Below, in pieces: positions 40,726 to 53,103 of a stretch of DNA of 64,000 nucleotides. A model generated the notes under the pieces. That model was given only the letters and a program-made list of their open reading frames with translations. It had not been told where the DNA came from and made no database searches. The stretch is from Hydrurus foetidus (taxonomy: Eukaryota): assembly GCA_900617105.1 (NCBI GenBank), contig UYFQ01000723.1, forward strand, positions 124,001 through 188,000. Reading direction: 5' to 3'. Positions within the stretch are counted from its first letter, which is position 1, and each line of letters starts with the position of its first letter. The position numbers and the translations under genes were made by a program.

Positions 40726-41460
40726 ATGGCAGAGCAAGAACAACAATCGAATAATATGAATCGTCCAACACTTTCTGTTGTGGTGCTTTGCTATCGTGCA
40801 GGTGAAAGTGCTATTAGTTTTACCAATAAACTAGAAAACCATCTTAATAGTTTTGAGCCAAATTTTCAGTTGGTTTTAGTAGGCAATTATCTTGCAGGTT
40901 CTGATGATAAAACGGGTGACATTATTTTAGAACTTGCCAAGAAAGATGATAAAATAAAACCTATCATCAAACCAAAGAAGGAATGATGGGTTGGGATGAG
41001 AATGGGAATGGAGGCTGCTGATGGTGAATATATTTGTGTGATTGATGGTGATGGTCAGTTTCAATTGATAGCATTCAAAAGCATATCAACTGATTAAAGA
41101 AAAGATGTTGATTTAGTAAAACCTTTAGAAAGCCAGATAGGGCTTACAGAGAAGTTCATATCTTTTTGGTATAATGTTTTATTCAGATTTTATTTCCAGG
41201 ATTAAACAGTCGTGATATTAATTCAAACCAAAAATCATAAAAAGAAGCATTTAAAAGCTAAATCTTCATTCAAATGATTGGTTTGCCGATGCAGAAGTAT
41301 GCTTGAGTAAGAAGACTAAAATTAACTTTGCTGAGTTCCTGTTATTTTCAGCCAGATAAAGACAGACGCTCATTTGTAAAAGTATCTGCTATTTTAGAGT
41401 TTATAGAAACTCTTGTTACCTATCGTTTCAGAAAAATGGATAATCAAAAGCAAGTTTTAG
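40726..41460 (+). CDS. Glycosyltransferase family 2
   Basis: LSVVVLCY, ICVIDGDGQF, DINSKPKI, DWFADAE. Confidence 0.85.
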
Positions 41461-42270
41461 TTACTGGTGCAAGCAGCATTTAATGCAACAAACTTGTGCT
41501 AAATTGAACAACAGGATTTGGATTACTGGCATTTCTCGTTCTGCAAAACATTAATCCTAACATTTACAAACATTGGATTACTGCTGATATAAATAATATT
41601 TATTCAATTGATTTATCAAAATGTAAATCATTATCCACGCAGCAGCTTGCACACACATTCACTTACAAACAATATGCAACGACTAATTTTGATGCTACAA
41701 AGGCTTTAGTTGTTAAAGCACATTCACAAGGTGTAAAGCAGTTTATATTCATAAGTTCAGAACTGCAGTAAAGGTGGAGGTTGGTATGCAGAAACAAAAG
41801 TTGCAGCAGAGGCCATTGTTTTAAACTATTATCCTAATGCACTTATTATTCGTCCAGCAGAAATTTATGGAGGCACTAAACGAAGGTATTGATTCATTTA
41901 TTGAAAAAGAAACAAAGGTTTATCATCTATCATGGGGTGTAAAAGATAAAATGTATCCTATTAGTTTAGATGATGCAACTACTCTATGATTGCTGATTCA
42001 ATTAACAATAATGAAAATTATCTGTGTTAATGGACCAGAAGGTTTTACTCTAAAAGTTTTAAAAACAATAAGTTCATCATTAAATAAACATCAAAAACTG
42101 ATTCCTTTGCATAGTGTTTTTATTGAACTCGCTTGTTTTAAACAGCGGTTTTAAATTTCAATTGGTGTTTATCAGATCAGATGAAAAGATTATCTGAAAA
42201 GAACATTCAATTCCACCAGCATTTGTTAAGAAAATATAAAAGTGATTCGTTAGAGATTATTAGAAAAAGT
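41436..42270 (+). CDS. NAD-dependent epimerase/dehydratase
   Basis: VLVTGAS, IIHAAA, FIFISS, YAETK (YxxxK), IRPAEIYG; end approximate. Confidence 0.8.
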
Positions 42271-42299
42271 ATATGGTTATCCTCTACTCAACTTCTTTG

Positions 42300-43754
42300 C
42301 AATAAGAGCTTTTTAGTTGCACAAAACAGCATCTTTCTTTTCAATTTGAAAAACCACAAGAAAAATAGAAATCAACATTGTGCCTGTAGAGTATTTCAAA
42401 CCAAATGTTATTAGTTATAAGAGTAATGCTTTTGGATAAAGAATAGTAATACAACAATCACCAAATATGCTATAACTTCTTCCATACATAAGAATTGGAT
42501 AATGTTTTGCCCCAGATAAAACTTATTACCATCATACTTCCATAGCAAGAAAAACGTTGCCCAGGCACAAACCATATATAACTAAAATGTGGGATGAAAA
42601 TAAAATTAATTAACAATGTAACTGCTGCCCCAATAACTGTAATCCAGGCACCAACAATTGTTTTTATTTACAGGTTTATACATACGCTTAAGTTGTAATA
42701 AATTCCTAAGAACATATTTGCTAAAGCAATATTGGAACAACTTTAAGCCTTCCCACATTTTGGGATTACAGATAAACTGCTTCAAATATCTAAATACAAT
42801 ACAACTGTTAAGAACATAATACAAAGTGTGATGATAAAAATTTCATCACTTTAGCATATGGTTTAGGTGCATCTTTTCGGTAGATTGTTTAAAGAAAAGG
42901 TTCTGCACCCATTCGAAATGCTTGCACAGCAAGCGTTATGAGATTGATAATTTATAACAAGCAGAATAAATATAACTTGCCCTTTTGCATCCTCAACACT
43001 TGAGCTGGTGCCACCAACCAAGCATTATTCTATCAAAAAGTTTCATTAATCATTCTGCAAAGCCAGCTACAATTAGTGGCAAACTATATAATAAAATTTC
43101 TTTCCAAAGTTTTGTATCAAACTTAAGTTCAACTTTAAAACTCTTTAGATAAAAACAATAATGTAAACACAGATTGAGATAACATTTGCCAGCAATACAT
43201 AACCAACAGCCAATCTGCCTTAAAAAACTACTGCACCAATGATTAGGATTTTGTTGCAACCAATGTGGACATACACTTAAAAAAGTAAATGGACACAATG
43301 TTTGTGATAATTCCACCAACTTTAATAAAATGCAAATTTTTGGGTCTTCCATCTTGCCTAAGCTTTGCAAAGGAATAGTTGATAATGCATCTAATTGCAA
43401 TGATTGCCACTTGAGAAAGATATTCTGAATGTTCAGTTATCTGCAATAAAATAGATAAAGGATGTTGCAATGCAATCAACAATGTGCTCAACAATACTGT
43501 TGAAGTTATCATAGAAATTGCAGTAGTGTTGAAAACAGTTTGTTTGTTTTCTTTTGTCGAGAATCTAAATGCCTGTTTCTAATCCATAAGTAAATATAAC
43601 ATTCATAAAGGTATGAATGCATAAACAACACTCATTTCATATTGTGCATTTGAAAATTTGAATGTCAAATATGGCGTTAGCAAGTAATAAACCTTGCGGC
43701 TATGGAACTTAATCATACCACATTGTTTGATTGGCTAATTTTTAAACTACTCAA
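42300..43754 (-). CDS. Polysaccharide biosynthesis flippase (Wzx/MOP family)
   Basis: LANQTMWY.LSSIAAR, LRQDGRP, YSLPLIVAGFA, FRMGAEPFF; many TMs. Confidence 0.85.
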
Positions 43755-43835
43755 GCTGTTTAGGAATTAGGAGATTAGAATTAGGAATTAGTGGTTCTGA
43801 AGATTTAAAAATCAAAACTTGAATTTCATAATTCT

Positions 43836-44903
43836 TAATAAGGAGAAACGAAATTAATGCTTATCACGAAATGTGGGGTAATGTTAAAAGCTTGTGGTGC
43901 AAATAGGGATTATTGGTAAAGGTTGTGTCTGTTAATGTGTGTATAAAAAGCAGTAAGCTGACCTATTTCATAATTAGACAGTGGTATTTTATTTTTAAAT
44001 AAGGAGTCTGTTGTGCTTGAAACAATCGTGTTTTTTTTCTGTAATGTTCAAATACATTGTAAAGTGTAAAAACCTTCCATCGTGTCCATAAGGAAAACTC
44101 AAAACAACATTTCTTAAAGAAGGGACTCTAAATTTTAAAGAATCATTTTGTAAAACTGTAACTTTTCATTCTGCCAATATCTTTTAAGTATTATCTAATG
44201 GCATTCCAATATTGCGATAACTATAATCTGTAAACATTGGCTCTGTGGCAGCTAACACATTTCTGTTTAAACATATCATATCCCAATTGCTCGGGCAATA
44301 TAAATTTATCTTCACCACGCATTACTTTATCGTATTTACTATTGCTGCTCACCAACATTAACATAAACTGACTTAGTGCTTTTGTTATAGTTGTTTTGCT
44401 AATGCTATCTCTACCAAAAGCAGCCTTAAACATCTGTTTATAAACAGCATCTTTTTAGCTTGATGATAATATTATCAATTGTTTCAGCCATTTCATTGAA
44501 TGCAGTAATGGGTGCAATTGGCTGTTCGTCTAAATGATGAATACTACCATCTGTCATAAAATCTTTTTGCCAAGCAAGATTTTTGCAAAGCAGGTGCATT
44601 ACAGTTGTAAGTGCATTGCCAATGCCGTGAGAGATTGTGATCATAAGTAGAAAAAGCTGCAAATTGCTGATGACAACTTGCACAAGATGTTGTTGAATCT
44701 TTACTCAGTCTTTCGTCATAAAACAATCTTTTACCAAGCTCAAAGCCTTCTTTCGTTAAAGGATTTTCCTTGAAGTTATACACTGGTTTTGCCACCCTTT
44801 AGGTGTAACAAATTTGATTGGAGTTGGCTTTTTTGCCGTTAATAAAACTAAAAGCCGTTGAAGCAATTGCAGTAAATATCAATATCGTAATGATGGGTTT
44901 CAA
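43836..44903 (-). CDS. Di-heme cytochrome c peroxidase (MauG/MbnH-like)
   Basis: [36 protein letters not shown]. Confidence 0.9.
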
Positions 44904-44967
44904 ATACTTTTTACCACAGAGGCACAAAGAGACAGAATAATCTTTTCTCTGTGCATCTATGGTTAAT

Positions 44968-45351
44968 TTTACAAATCTTAAACTGATTCTTTTTCTGTTT
45001 TTGTTGTTTACTGATGTTCGTTTTTGCCTTCGATTCTTTTTTGAATAACGGCTTTGGGAATCTTTGTTGCAATCCTACTTTCTTTTAACCAGAGCAGCAT
45101 TAACCAATTCGTTTCATCTTAAAACCACTAATTCTTTGTTTGCTAACTGCGTTCTTGCAGCGCGATTTCACTAAAGTAAACCATCACTAGTTATTTTATT
45201 TGTTAGTTTATCTTGTAACGTTTGTTTTTGTTCTGCATTGATTAAATTACTGGAGTGAATATCATCTGCCTTCCACCATTTACCTTGTTTACATTGCCCT
45301 ACCACTTCTGGCGTTTTAAGAATTAACTTCGCTAACAATATCTATCTTCAT
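44968..45351 (-). CDS. arfB: Alternative ribosome rescue factor B (YaeJ)
   Basis: Frameshifted ARSGG..GQNVNKV region, QLANK, basic C-terminal tail. Confidence 0.8.
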
Positions 45352-45372
45352 ATTGTAAAATATAATCAAGTT

Positions 45373-45816
45373 ATGAGAGTTGTTATACAGAGTAACTGAA
45401 GCTACTGTTAGAAGTGAATAATGGGGATTACTGGAGCTATTAGTAATGGTTACTTTGTTTTGATGGGCATTGAGGATGCAGATGCTGAAGATGATGTTAT
45501 TTGGCTATCCAATAAAATTGTAAACATCGGGATTTTTTAATGATGAAAATGATGTGATGGAATAAAAGTATATTAGATATTGATGGTGAAATTTTGCTGG
45601 TGAGCCAGTTTACACTTCACTTCTACAAAAAGGAAACAGACCTTCATATATAAAAGCATCTAAAGCAGATTTTGCAATTCCGATGTATGAAAAATGATAA
45701 AACAATTGGTAGCTTGAATTGAGCAAACCATTATTGCCACAGGCATTTTGGGGCAGATATGAAATTATTGAATGATGGACCAGTTACAATTGTAATTGAT
45801 TCAAAAACAAGAATAA
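45373..45816 (+). CDS. dtd: D-aminoacyl-tRNA deacylase
   Basis: MRVVIQRV, VSQFTL, GNRPSY, FGADM, NDGPVTI. Confidence 0.95.
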
Positions 45817-46911
45817 TTATTTCAGTAATTCTTTTAACTTTTCTCTCAATGCTTCTCCCCTAATATCAATAGCAATAATTTGACCAGCTGGGTTTACTAG
45901 CACATTATATGGCAGATGATAGATAGTATTTCTTTACAACATCACTTTTAAAGCCAAGCGTATCCTGTACTTGAGTCCAAACCAAAGCTATCTTGTTTTA
46001 GCTTTTTGCCAAGGTATTTTTAAAGTATCTAACGAAACACCAAGAATATCAAAGTTTTTATCTTTAAAAGAGTTTGTAAGTTTCTAACAGGTAATTTGTT
46101 TGTTGTCGATAATCCTTATTCACTTTCCCAAAAATCAATTAGCAGATATTTATTCTTGAATGACTTTAAAGTGATGCTTTTATTAGCAGTGTCTTTATAG
46201 TTAAAATCTGTGTGATTCATTTATCAAAAAGTTTGAGTTAGATTTCACAATTGCCGATAAACTATTTTCAATCCACAACTGAGCATTTTTAGGAAACTGT
46301 GTACAAGCAGCAGTTGTTAATTTGAATATTTCATTTTCGTTTTAAAGCAGCAGTTTATTGCATAAAGATAAAATATTACAAAAGCGGGGCTTTTAGTGTT
46401 GCCTTAATATTTGTATTGCAATAATGTAATTGCTTATCAATTAGTTTCTTTTCATCCTTTGCAATATTGAGAATGCTGTCTTTTGCTTTTGTTTTGTTAA
46501 CGTATCAATATTGTCTGAATGGTTTTGAAGCGTTACCAAGAATCATATTTGTATAGAAACAGATGAAGTGATTCTGATGCAGAGACCTTTAGTTGTATAG
46601 TTTTGTATTCTTTTAGATTAGCGTTGATGATTATTTCCTTGGTATCATTTACAAACCAAATTTCTGGAGTGCTATCAACTTTTATTGCATATAACTCTTC
46701 ATCATTGGTTAATGACTTTAATGTAAATTTCCCCTTTTATCTATAGAGAAGTATCAAAATTATTGGTGAGTTGCTATTACCAAAACTTAATAAAACTATT
46801 TTTTGTTAGCTCCATTTTCAATATTTCCATTAACAGTAATTGTTTTATAATCGTGCTGGTTGCAACTAATTAAACAAATCATTAAAGAATGTAAACGCAA
46901 TATTTCTTCAT
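45817..46911 (-). CDS. TlpA/AhpC-TSA-family lipoprotein
   Basis: LISC lipobox, KNKYLLIDFWES, FDILGVSLD, WTQVQD. Confidence 0.8.
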
Positions 46912-46924
46912 AGAATGGTTTAAC

Positions 46925-48315
46925 CTATTCAGTTTACTTGTTAATAAATCTGTAACAATTTTCGGGTCAGCTTTTCCTTTGCTAATTTTTTGCTTCAACA
47001 AACCAATTAGTTACCTTTTTATATTCAGCAACCTTATCTGGCATATTTTGAATTACTGTGTTTGCCAATCTTCAATTTGTTGCTGTCATTGCTTTGTAGC
47101 AATTTCATTTCCTGTGCTACTTGCAATGGATTTTTATTTTCAGCAATAATAATTGGAAGAATTTTAGATGATGCAACAGAGAAATTTACTTTACCTTCAT
47201 CAATAATTTTAATTAATTCAGAAAGATTGCTAGGTTGCAAATTGAAATCTCATCGATACCTAAACTATTTTTCGTTTAAGTACTGTTGCTGGACCTAAAA
47301 TAGAGTTAGCAATGCCTTTATAATTAGAATTAATGGCAGTTTTATTGAAAAAATCAGCAATTGATTTAAGGTTGAGTTGCATCATAATCACTTAATCAAA
47401 TTCTAGCTTAAATTGTTCTGCTGGTTTATTTGGCAGTGTTGGCTGGCTTGAATACTGCTAACAAACTCTTGTGTAATATGAAAGGATTCAAATCGGGATC
47501 TGCAAAATATCTGTAATGGTGCATCTTCTTTATCTCTAATACCAACAGTTTTATCTGTATTTACATCGTAACTTCTTGTTTGTTGTGTAACAGTTCCACC
47601 ACTTTCAACAAGTTCAATCATCCTTTTATTTCAGCATCAATTGCCTCACATTTCTAATTGAGTTTACATTTTAACTTCAACTTTAGTAAGCAACTTGTTT
47701 CTCCTTTAATCTAATAGAGACATTAGCATCTGGCGTAACTTCCTTGTTCCATATTGCCATCGCAAACACCAATCCATCTTACCAGTTTTCTTAACTCAGT
47801 AACATATTGAAATGCTTCTTCAGATGAGTGCAAACAAGGCTCAGTAACAATTTCAAGCAATGGCGTTCCTGCTCTGTTTAAAATCAATACAGGTTTCAGT
47901 GTCATATAAATCATTGAATACTTTTACCAGCATCTTCTTCAATATGTATTCTATTTAGTTGAATAGTTTTTCAACTCCATCAATCTTTATAGGAACTATT
48001 CCACCTTTACAAATGGGTGTAGTGTGCTGAGATATTTGATAGCCTTTTGGTAAATCTGGATGAAGTAATTCTTTCTGGCAAAATAGTTTTTTTCAACTAT
48101 TTCACAATTGCAAACCAAGCCAAGTTTTACAGCAAAATCAATGGCTTTGGTATTTGTTTTAGGTAAAGTGCCAGGATGCCCAAGCGTTATGGGGCTAACT
48201 TGTGTGTTGGGTTCAGCACCAAATAAAATGCTGTCCCCACAAAAAGTTTTGTATTTGTTTGAAGTTGGGCGTGAACTTCCAACCCTATTACTGCTTCGTA
48301 TTTTGATGTATCCAT
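46925..48315 (-). CDS. gatB: Asp/Glu-tRNA amidotransferase subunit B
   Basis: [52 protein letters not shown]. Confidence 0.96.
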
Positions 48316-48407
48316 TAATGCAAAAATAGGAGTTGGATTATGAATTAGTAATTATGGATTATGAATTAGCAAAGTATAACCATCTGTTTTCATTCATAAT
48401 TACATAC

Positions 48408-49431
48408 TTACTGCGTTAATCCCCTAATATTATTATAAACAGCAGTTGAAATATCTTGTATCGCCGTTGGAAGTTTTGCTTGGTCTTTTCCTTCTGTCAT
48501 TATAGAAATTAAATAGGGAACATTGTTGGCATAAATAATTCCTGTTTCGCCAAAAGCGTGTTTGGTTGCATCTCCTTTCTCATAAATTTGTGAGCCACTT
48601 TAACATCTTTTGGAATATTCTTAATGATACCATCAGCAAAATCTGATTGACTTAATAACGATAGTGCATATTCAGAATCATCAAATTCAAGTAACTACCA
48701 TTATACAAAGTAATCCAAAACTTGAATATTCTTTAGCCGAAATAACTGCATCATTTTTTGTTAAATCCTTGCTTAAACCCAAATCTGTAAACGTTTTTGA
48801 AATTCTGTAAAGGGTATTGATGTCATCAACAACATTGTTGCATTATTATCAGAATGTGCAATCATATAGGTAAGCAATTCCTTTACAGTGTAGGTGTTTC
48901 AAGTTTAATTGCATCCTTAAGAAATTCTTGTTTCAAGCCCTTAGATGCTTCTGTTGTTGCAGCAAAGTTATTCTATTATTCAAAAAGCCTGGCTTTGTTC
49001 AGATAATCTTAAATAGGTAATCAACAATGGAACTTTAAATAAAGAACCTGGTTGAAACTTAGCTTCTTCATTAAAACTCATCCATTTTCCTTCTTTAAAA
49101 GACGTATATAAACTGATGCACTATTAACATCTCCCTTTGCTTTTCGGGTTATCAATAATACCAGACACCGAAGATTTTATACCAACAAAACAGTCATCTT
49201 CACAAGATCTTTCTGCAAAAAGTAATGGTTTAATAAATTTTCTTCCAGCTAATCTTTTAATATCAACACCACAAGAATTTGTTTGGCTAGATTGTACGTT
49301 AGTTGTAACATCAACCTTATCAATTGTATCTGCCTTTTTGAAATAATAGTTGTAAATGAATATGAAATAGCTGCACCAATAAAGGCTGCAATAAACAAAA
49401 GTAAACAGGTACTTTTTAGTAAAGTTTTCAT
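48408..49431 (-). CDS. Class A beta-lactamase-like serine hydrolase (PBP-A type)
   Basis: PGSLFKVP (SxxK), MIAHSDNNA (SDN), VAHKF, ETGIIY; N-terminal TM. Confidence 0.8.
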
Positions 49432-49532
49432 TAAAAAAGTTAGGTTACAAAATAGGTTTGATTAAATTGTTGTATTTATAAATTTCGGTTTCGTTGATGG
49501 TTGATTAATTTTTTAAACATTAATTTTACAAA

Positions 49533-50104
49533 ATGAATAAGTTTTTTAATTGTTGGCTTGGGCAACATTGGTAACGAATATGCAAACACACGTCACAATA
49601 TTGGTTTTGATGTTGTGAATGCTTTTGTTTTAAAAATAATGGTTTATTTAAGCAAGACAGACTTGCCTATATTTCTGAAGTTAAATGGAAGGGCAAAATT
49701 TATTTGTGTCTTACCAACAACTTATATGAACAGTGGCAAGGCATTTAAGTATTGGCTTGATAAAGAAAAGATTGCTGTAGAAAACACCTAACCATTTTAG
49801 ATGATTGGCTTTGCCGTGATAAACTTCGCTTGCGACCTGGTGGCAGCCACGCTGGACATAATGGTTTAAGAGATATTGGAGTTAATGTTAGGCTCAAACG
49901 AATACCCACGATTAAAGGTTTGGCATTGGCAATGTTTTCCCTAAAGGAATGCAGGCAGATTTTGTGCTAAGCAAATGGAACCCCAATGAAATTGCCACTG
50001 TAAAACTTAAAATCGAGAAATCTGTTGAGGTAATTGAAAATTTTGCTACCGTTGGTGTAGAAAGAGCGATGAATCTAGTAAATAACCTCTCCTTAAAACA
50101 ATAA
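49533..50104 (+). CDS. pth: Peptidyl-tRNA hydrolase
   Basis: IVGLGNIG..YANTRHNIGF, PTTYMN, GSHAGHNGL. Confidence 0.95.
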
Positions 50105-50214
50105 AATCGCTCTTTTTAAGTTATTAATGGTTTAGAGTAGTGTCAGTGATTGGTGGTTAAGTTGATTTTATTAGCCATTACTTGCTAATAACTACCAGTT
50201 ACTAAACCATTCAT

Positions 50215-50807
50215 ATGAAAATATTCTGCATTGGAAGAAATTATGTTGAACACGCTAAAGAATTAGGCAATGCAGTGCCCGATGAACCTGTTATTTTCAT
50301 AAAGCCCAAAACAGCATTGCTGCAGGTAGTGCCCTTTCTATTACCCACAGTTTAGTAACGAACTTCACTACGAGGCTGAACTAGTTTTGCATATCTGCAA
50401 AACAGCAAATACATTTCTACAAAAACGCATCTAAATATTATAACAACATAACGGTTGGCATAGACTTTACGGCTCGTGATATTCAAAATCAATTAAAGAA
50501 AAAGGCTTGCCTTGGGAGAAAGCAAAAGCTTGGGATGGCTCTGCCTGCATTGGCAAATGGAAAGATATTAATACCGTTACCAAGCCCATCAACTTTCTTT
50601 AAACCTAAATGGCACACAAGTGCAAAAGGCACCAGTGCCGATATGATTTTCTTTCGATAAAATTGTTGCCCATATATCCGAATACTTTTCTTTAAACATT
50701 GGAACTTGATTTTTACAGGAACCCCAGCCGGCGTTGGCGAATGCGTTGTTGCCGATGTATTAACTGGCTCTTGAAGATGAAAAAGTTTTGAGGTTGAGGT
50801 TAAGTAA
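50215..50807 (+). CDS. Fumarylacetoacetate hydrolase family protein
   Basis: [48 protein letters not shown]. Confidence 0.93.
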
Positions 50808-50885
50808 GTTATAGAATTTTACTTTTCAGGCAAAAAGCTTCTGCACAATAAATTTTCCTTTTTCTTAGAAATATTTATTAAGTAT

Positions 50886-51127
50886 GCTCATTGGTATTAA
50901 GCTCATTGACTAACTTTATGCTCATTGAGTAACTAAATGAGCTCATTAACTAGCTTTATACTTATTGAGTAATCAATAAACTCATTGACAACTTTATACT
51001 TATTAAGTAACTCAATAAGCTCGTTGACCAACTTTTATACTTATTGGTAACTCAATAAACTCATTGACCAACATACTCATTAAGTAACTAAATGAACTCA
51101 TTAACCAACTTTTTATATTCAATGAGC
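50886..51127. repeat. Tandem array of alternating ~21-nt half-units (~40-42-bp period) with palindromic B units
   Basis: B consensus CTYATTRAGT-A-ACTMAATRAR at 50921, 50961, 50999, 51040, 51076; A units CTCATTRACYAACTTT between them. Confidence 0.9.
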
Positions 51128-51247
51128 AATTTGCAGAGCCAAACAAGGGAAGTTTGGTATTATAAATTGATTATTTAATAAATGAAGATAGGCAAGTAAG
51201 GTCAATGGAGCGATTTGCAAAATATATCGGTGCACGGTAGATGAAAA

Positions 51248-51305
51248 TAGGTCGGCACTGAAAGTCCGACCTAGGATATATAGGTCGGACTTTCCAGTGC
51301 CGACC
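51248..51305. repeat. REP-like doublet (two inverted hairpin units)
   Basis: TAGGTCGGCACTGAAAGTCCGACCTA, 7-nt spacer, then TAGGTCGGACTTTCCAGTGCCGACC (near-perfect reverse complement). Confidence 0.8.
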
Positions 51306-51394
51306 AAAAAAACAATCTAATTTATAACACACAACTTCCCGATTATCATTTATTTTCGGGAAGTTTTTTCATCGCCACTTAAACAAAACAAGCT

Positions 51395-52996
51395 ATGAGA
51401 AAGATATTTTTATTTTGGGATTGATGGTGAGTGTATATGCTAATGCACAATGGGTGAATTAAGTGGGTACAGATACCACAATTTTAGTGGCTACATCCGT
51501 ACTCTTATTTCAGATTCTGCTGGTAACATATATGCTGCGGGAAATTTCAAAACTCTAGTAGTAAAAATTATGTAGCAAAATGGGATGGACAAGATTGGGT
51601 TGAATTTGGAACTAATATATCTAAATTTAATCATATTATCAATTGCGTGGCAATAGATTCTTCTGGCAATTTATATGCTGCAGGTGTTTACTAATACAAG
51701 TGGTAAATATTATGTAGCAAAATGGAACAGCACAAATTGGGTGAGCTGGGAGGTACTAATACTTCTACCTTTAATGCTTATATAAAAGCATTAATATTGA
51801 TCTGGCAAAATATATACATAGGTGGGGCATTTGCAAAATACAAGTGGCAAGCAATATGTAGCAAAATGGAATGGCACAAACTGGAGCGAGTTGGGTGGGA
51901 CTAATACTTCTACTTTTCAGAGCAGGAATTATGAGTGTTAAAACAGATACACAGGAGCAATTTATACACTACTGGTTATTTTTAAATTCTAATAACAATT
52001 GTTATGTGGCAAAATGGAATGGAACTAGTTGGAGTGAATTAGGTGGCATCAATACTTCTACTTTTATATAGTCATATTAATTGTTTAGCAATTGATATGA
52101 ACGGAAAACTATATGCCGGAATAATTTTGTCAACTCCAAATGGTTTTCGTTACGGTGCAGCAAAATGGGATGGAGCTAGTTGGGCTGTTTTGGGTGGAAA
52201 CAATCCTTTTGCTTTAAACAATATATTAACAGAACTTACAACCGATGTCAGTGGGGAATTTATATGCTGTTGGCTTTATTTACAACTCAAATAGTAATTA
52301 CTCAGTTGCTAAATGGAATGGTATTGACTGGAACGAACTTGGGAAGCAATGCTTCATCATTTAATGCCGATATTGGCTGTATAATTATTGATTCTTCTTC
52401 AAGTGTTTGCGTAGCAGGCGGTTTTACAAATTTACACGGCAAACAATATGTAGCCAAATACATACCAAACCCTCCCCTCAAACTCCTCCTTCTCCGCACA
52501 AAAAGAAAACAATAATGTATTGCTCAACTGGCAAACTGCTAGCGAGATTAATGTTTCGCATATTAATATCCAACGTTCTTTATCGAAGTGTCGGGAGTAA
52601 AGATTTTATAACTATAGGTAAGCTAAATGCAAGTTGTTGTGCGTATTCATTTTGTAGACGGTCAACTGCCGAAAGACAACGGTCAACTGTATTACAGACT
52701 TGAAATAGTAGATAAAGATGGCAGCAAAACATACAGTGAAGTGAGGCAATTGGCAATGAACAATAAACAAGTAGCAATAAACATCTTTCCCTAATCCTGC
52801 CAAAGAACAAGTAACCATTACTTGCAAGGATGCTAAAGAATTATTGGTTATTGATTATTTAGGAAGAACAATTTATCGGTCAGCAGTGGACAGTCAACCG
52901 TTAACAGTTAACACCAAACAATTACCTAAAGGTTCATACATAGTTAAAGTGATAACCAATAATAGAAACAAAAACCGAAAGTTAATTGTTGAATAG
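51395..52996 (+). CDS. T9SS type A sorting-domain protein with beta-propeller-like repeats
   Basis: Signal peptide; repeated YVAKW(N/D)G..W.ELGG.N.STF; YYRL..VDKDGSKTYS; IFPNPAK; KGSYIVKV..KLIVE*. Confidence 0.85.
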
Positions 52997-53103
52997 TAAA
53001 ATTTAATTTTGAAAGTTTTGAAACTTTTCAAGGTCTTTTTAATAATATTGAAATAAAACATTAGCCAATCATTGTGGTTGGCTAATGTTTATAAAAATAG
53101 AAA

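Noticed and set aside
44912..44965. CCACAGA-type hairpin (also 16893-16940) as a novel element
   Set aside because: Both lie just downstream of genes and are adequately explained as terminator-like hairpins; similarity between them is limited.
44968..50104. Dedicated translation quality-control island (arfB, dtd, gatB, pth)
   Set aside because: The genes are on different strands and interleaved with unrelated genes; no evidence of co-regulation.
50886..51127. CRISPR array or replication origin
   Set aside because: The linkers are themselves repeats rather than unique spacers; no DnaA boxes, rep or dnaA gene nearby.
51119..51307. 62-aa minus-strand ORF
   Set aside because: It starts inside the REP-like doublet and has no coding signature.
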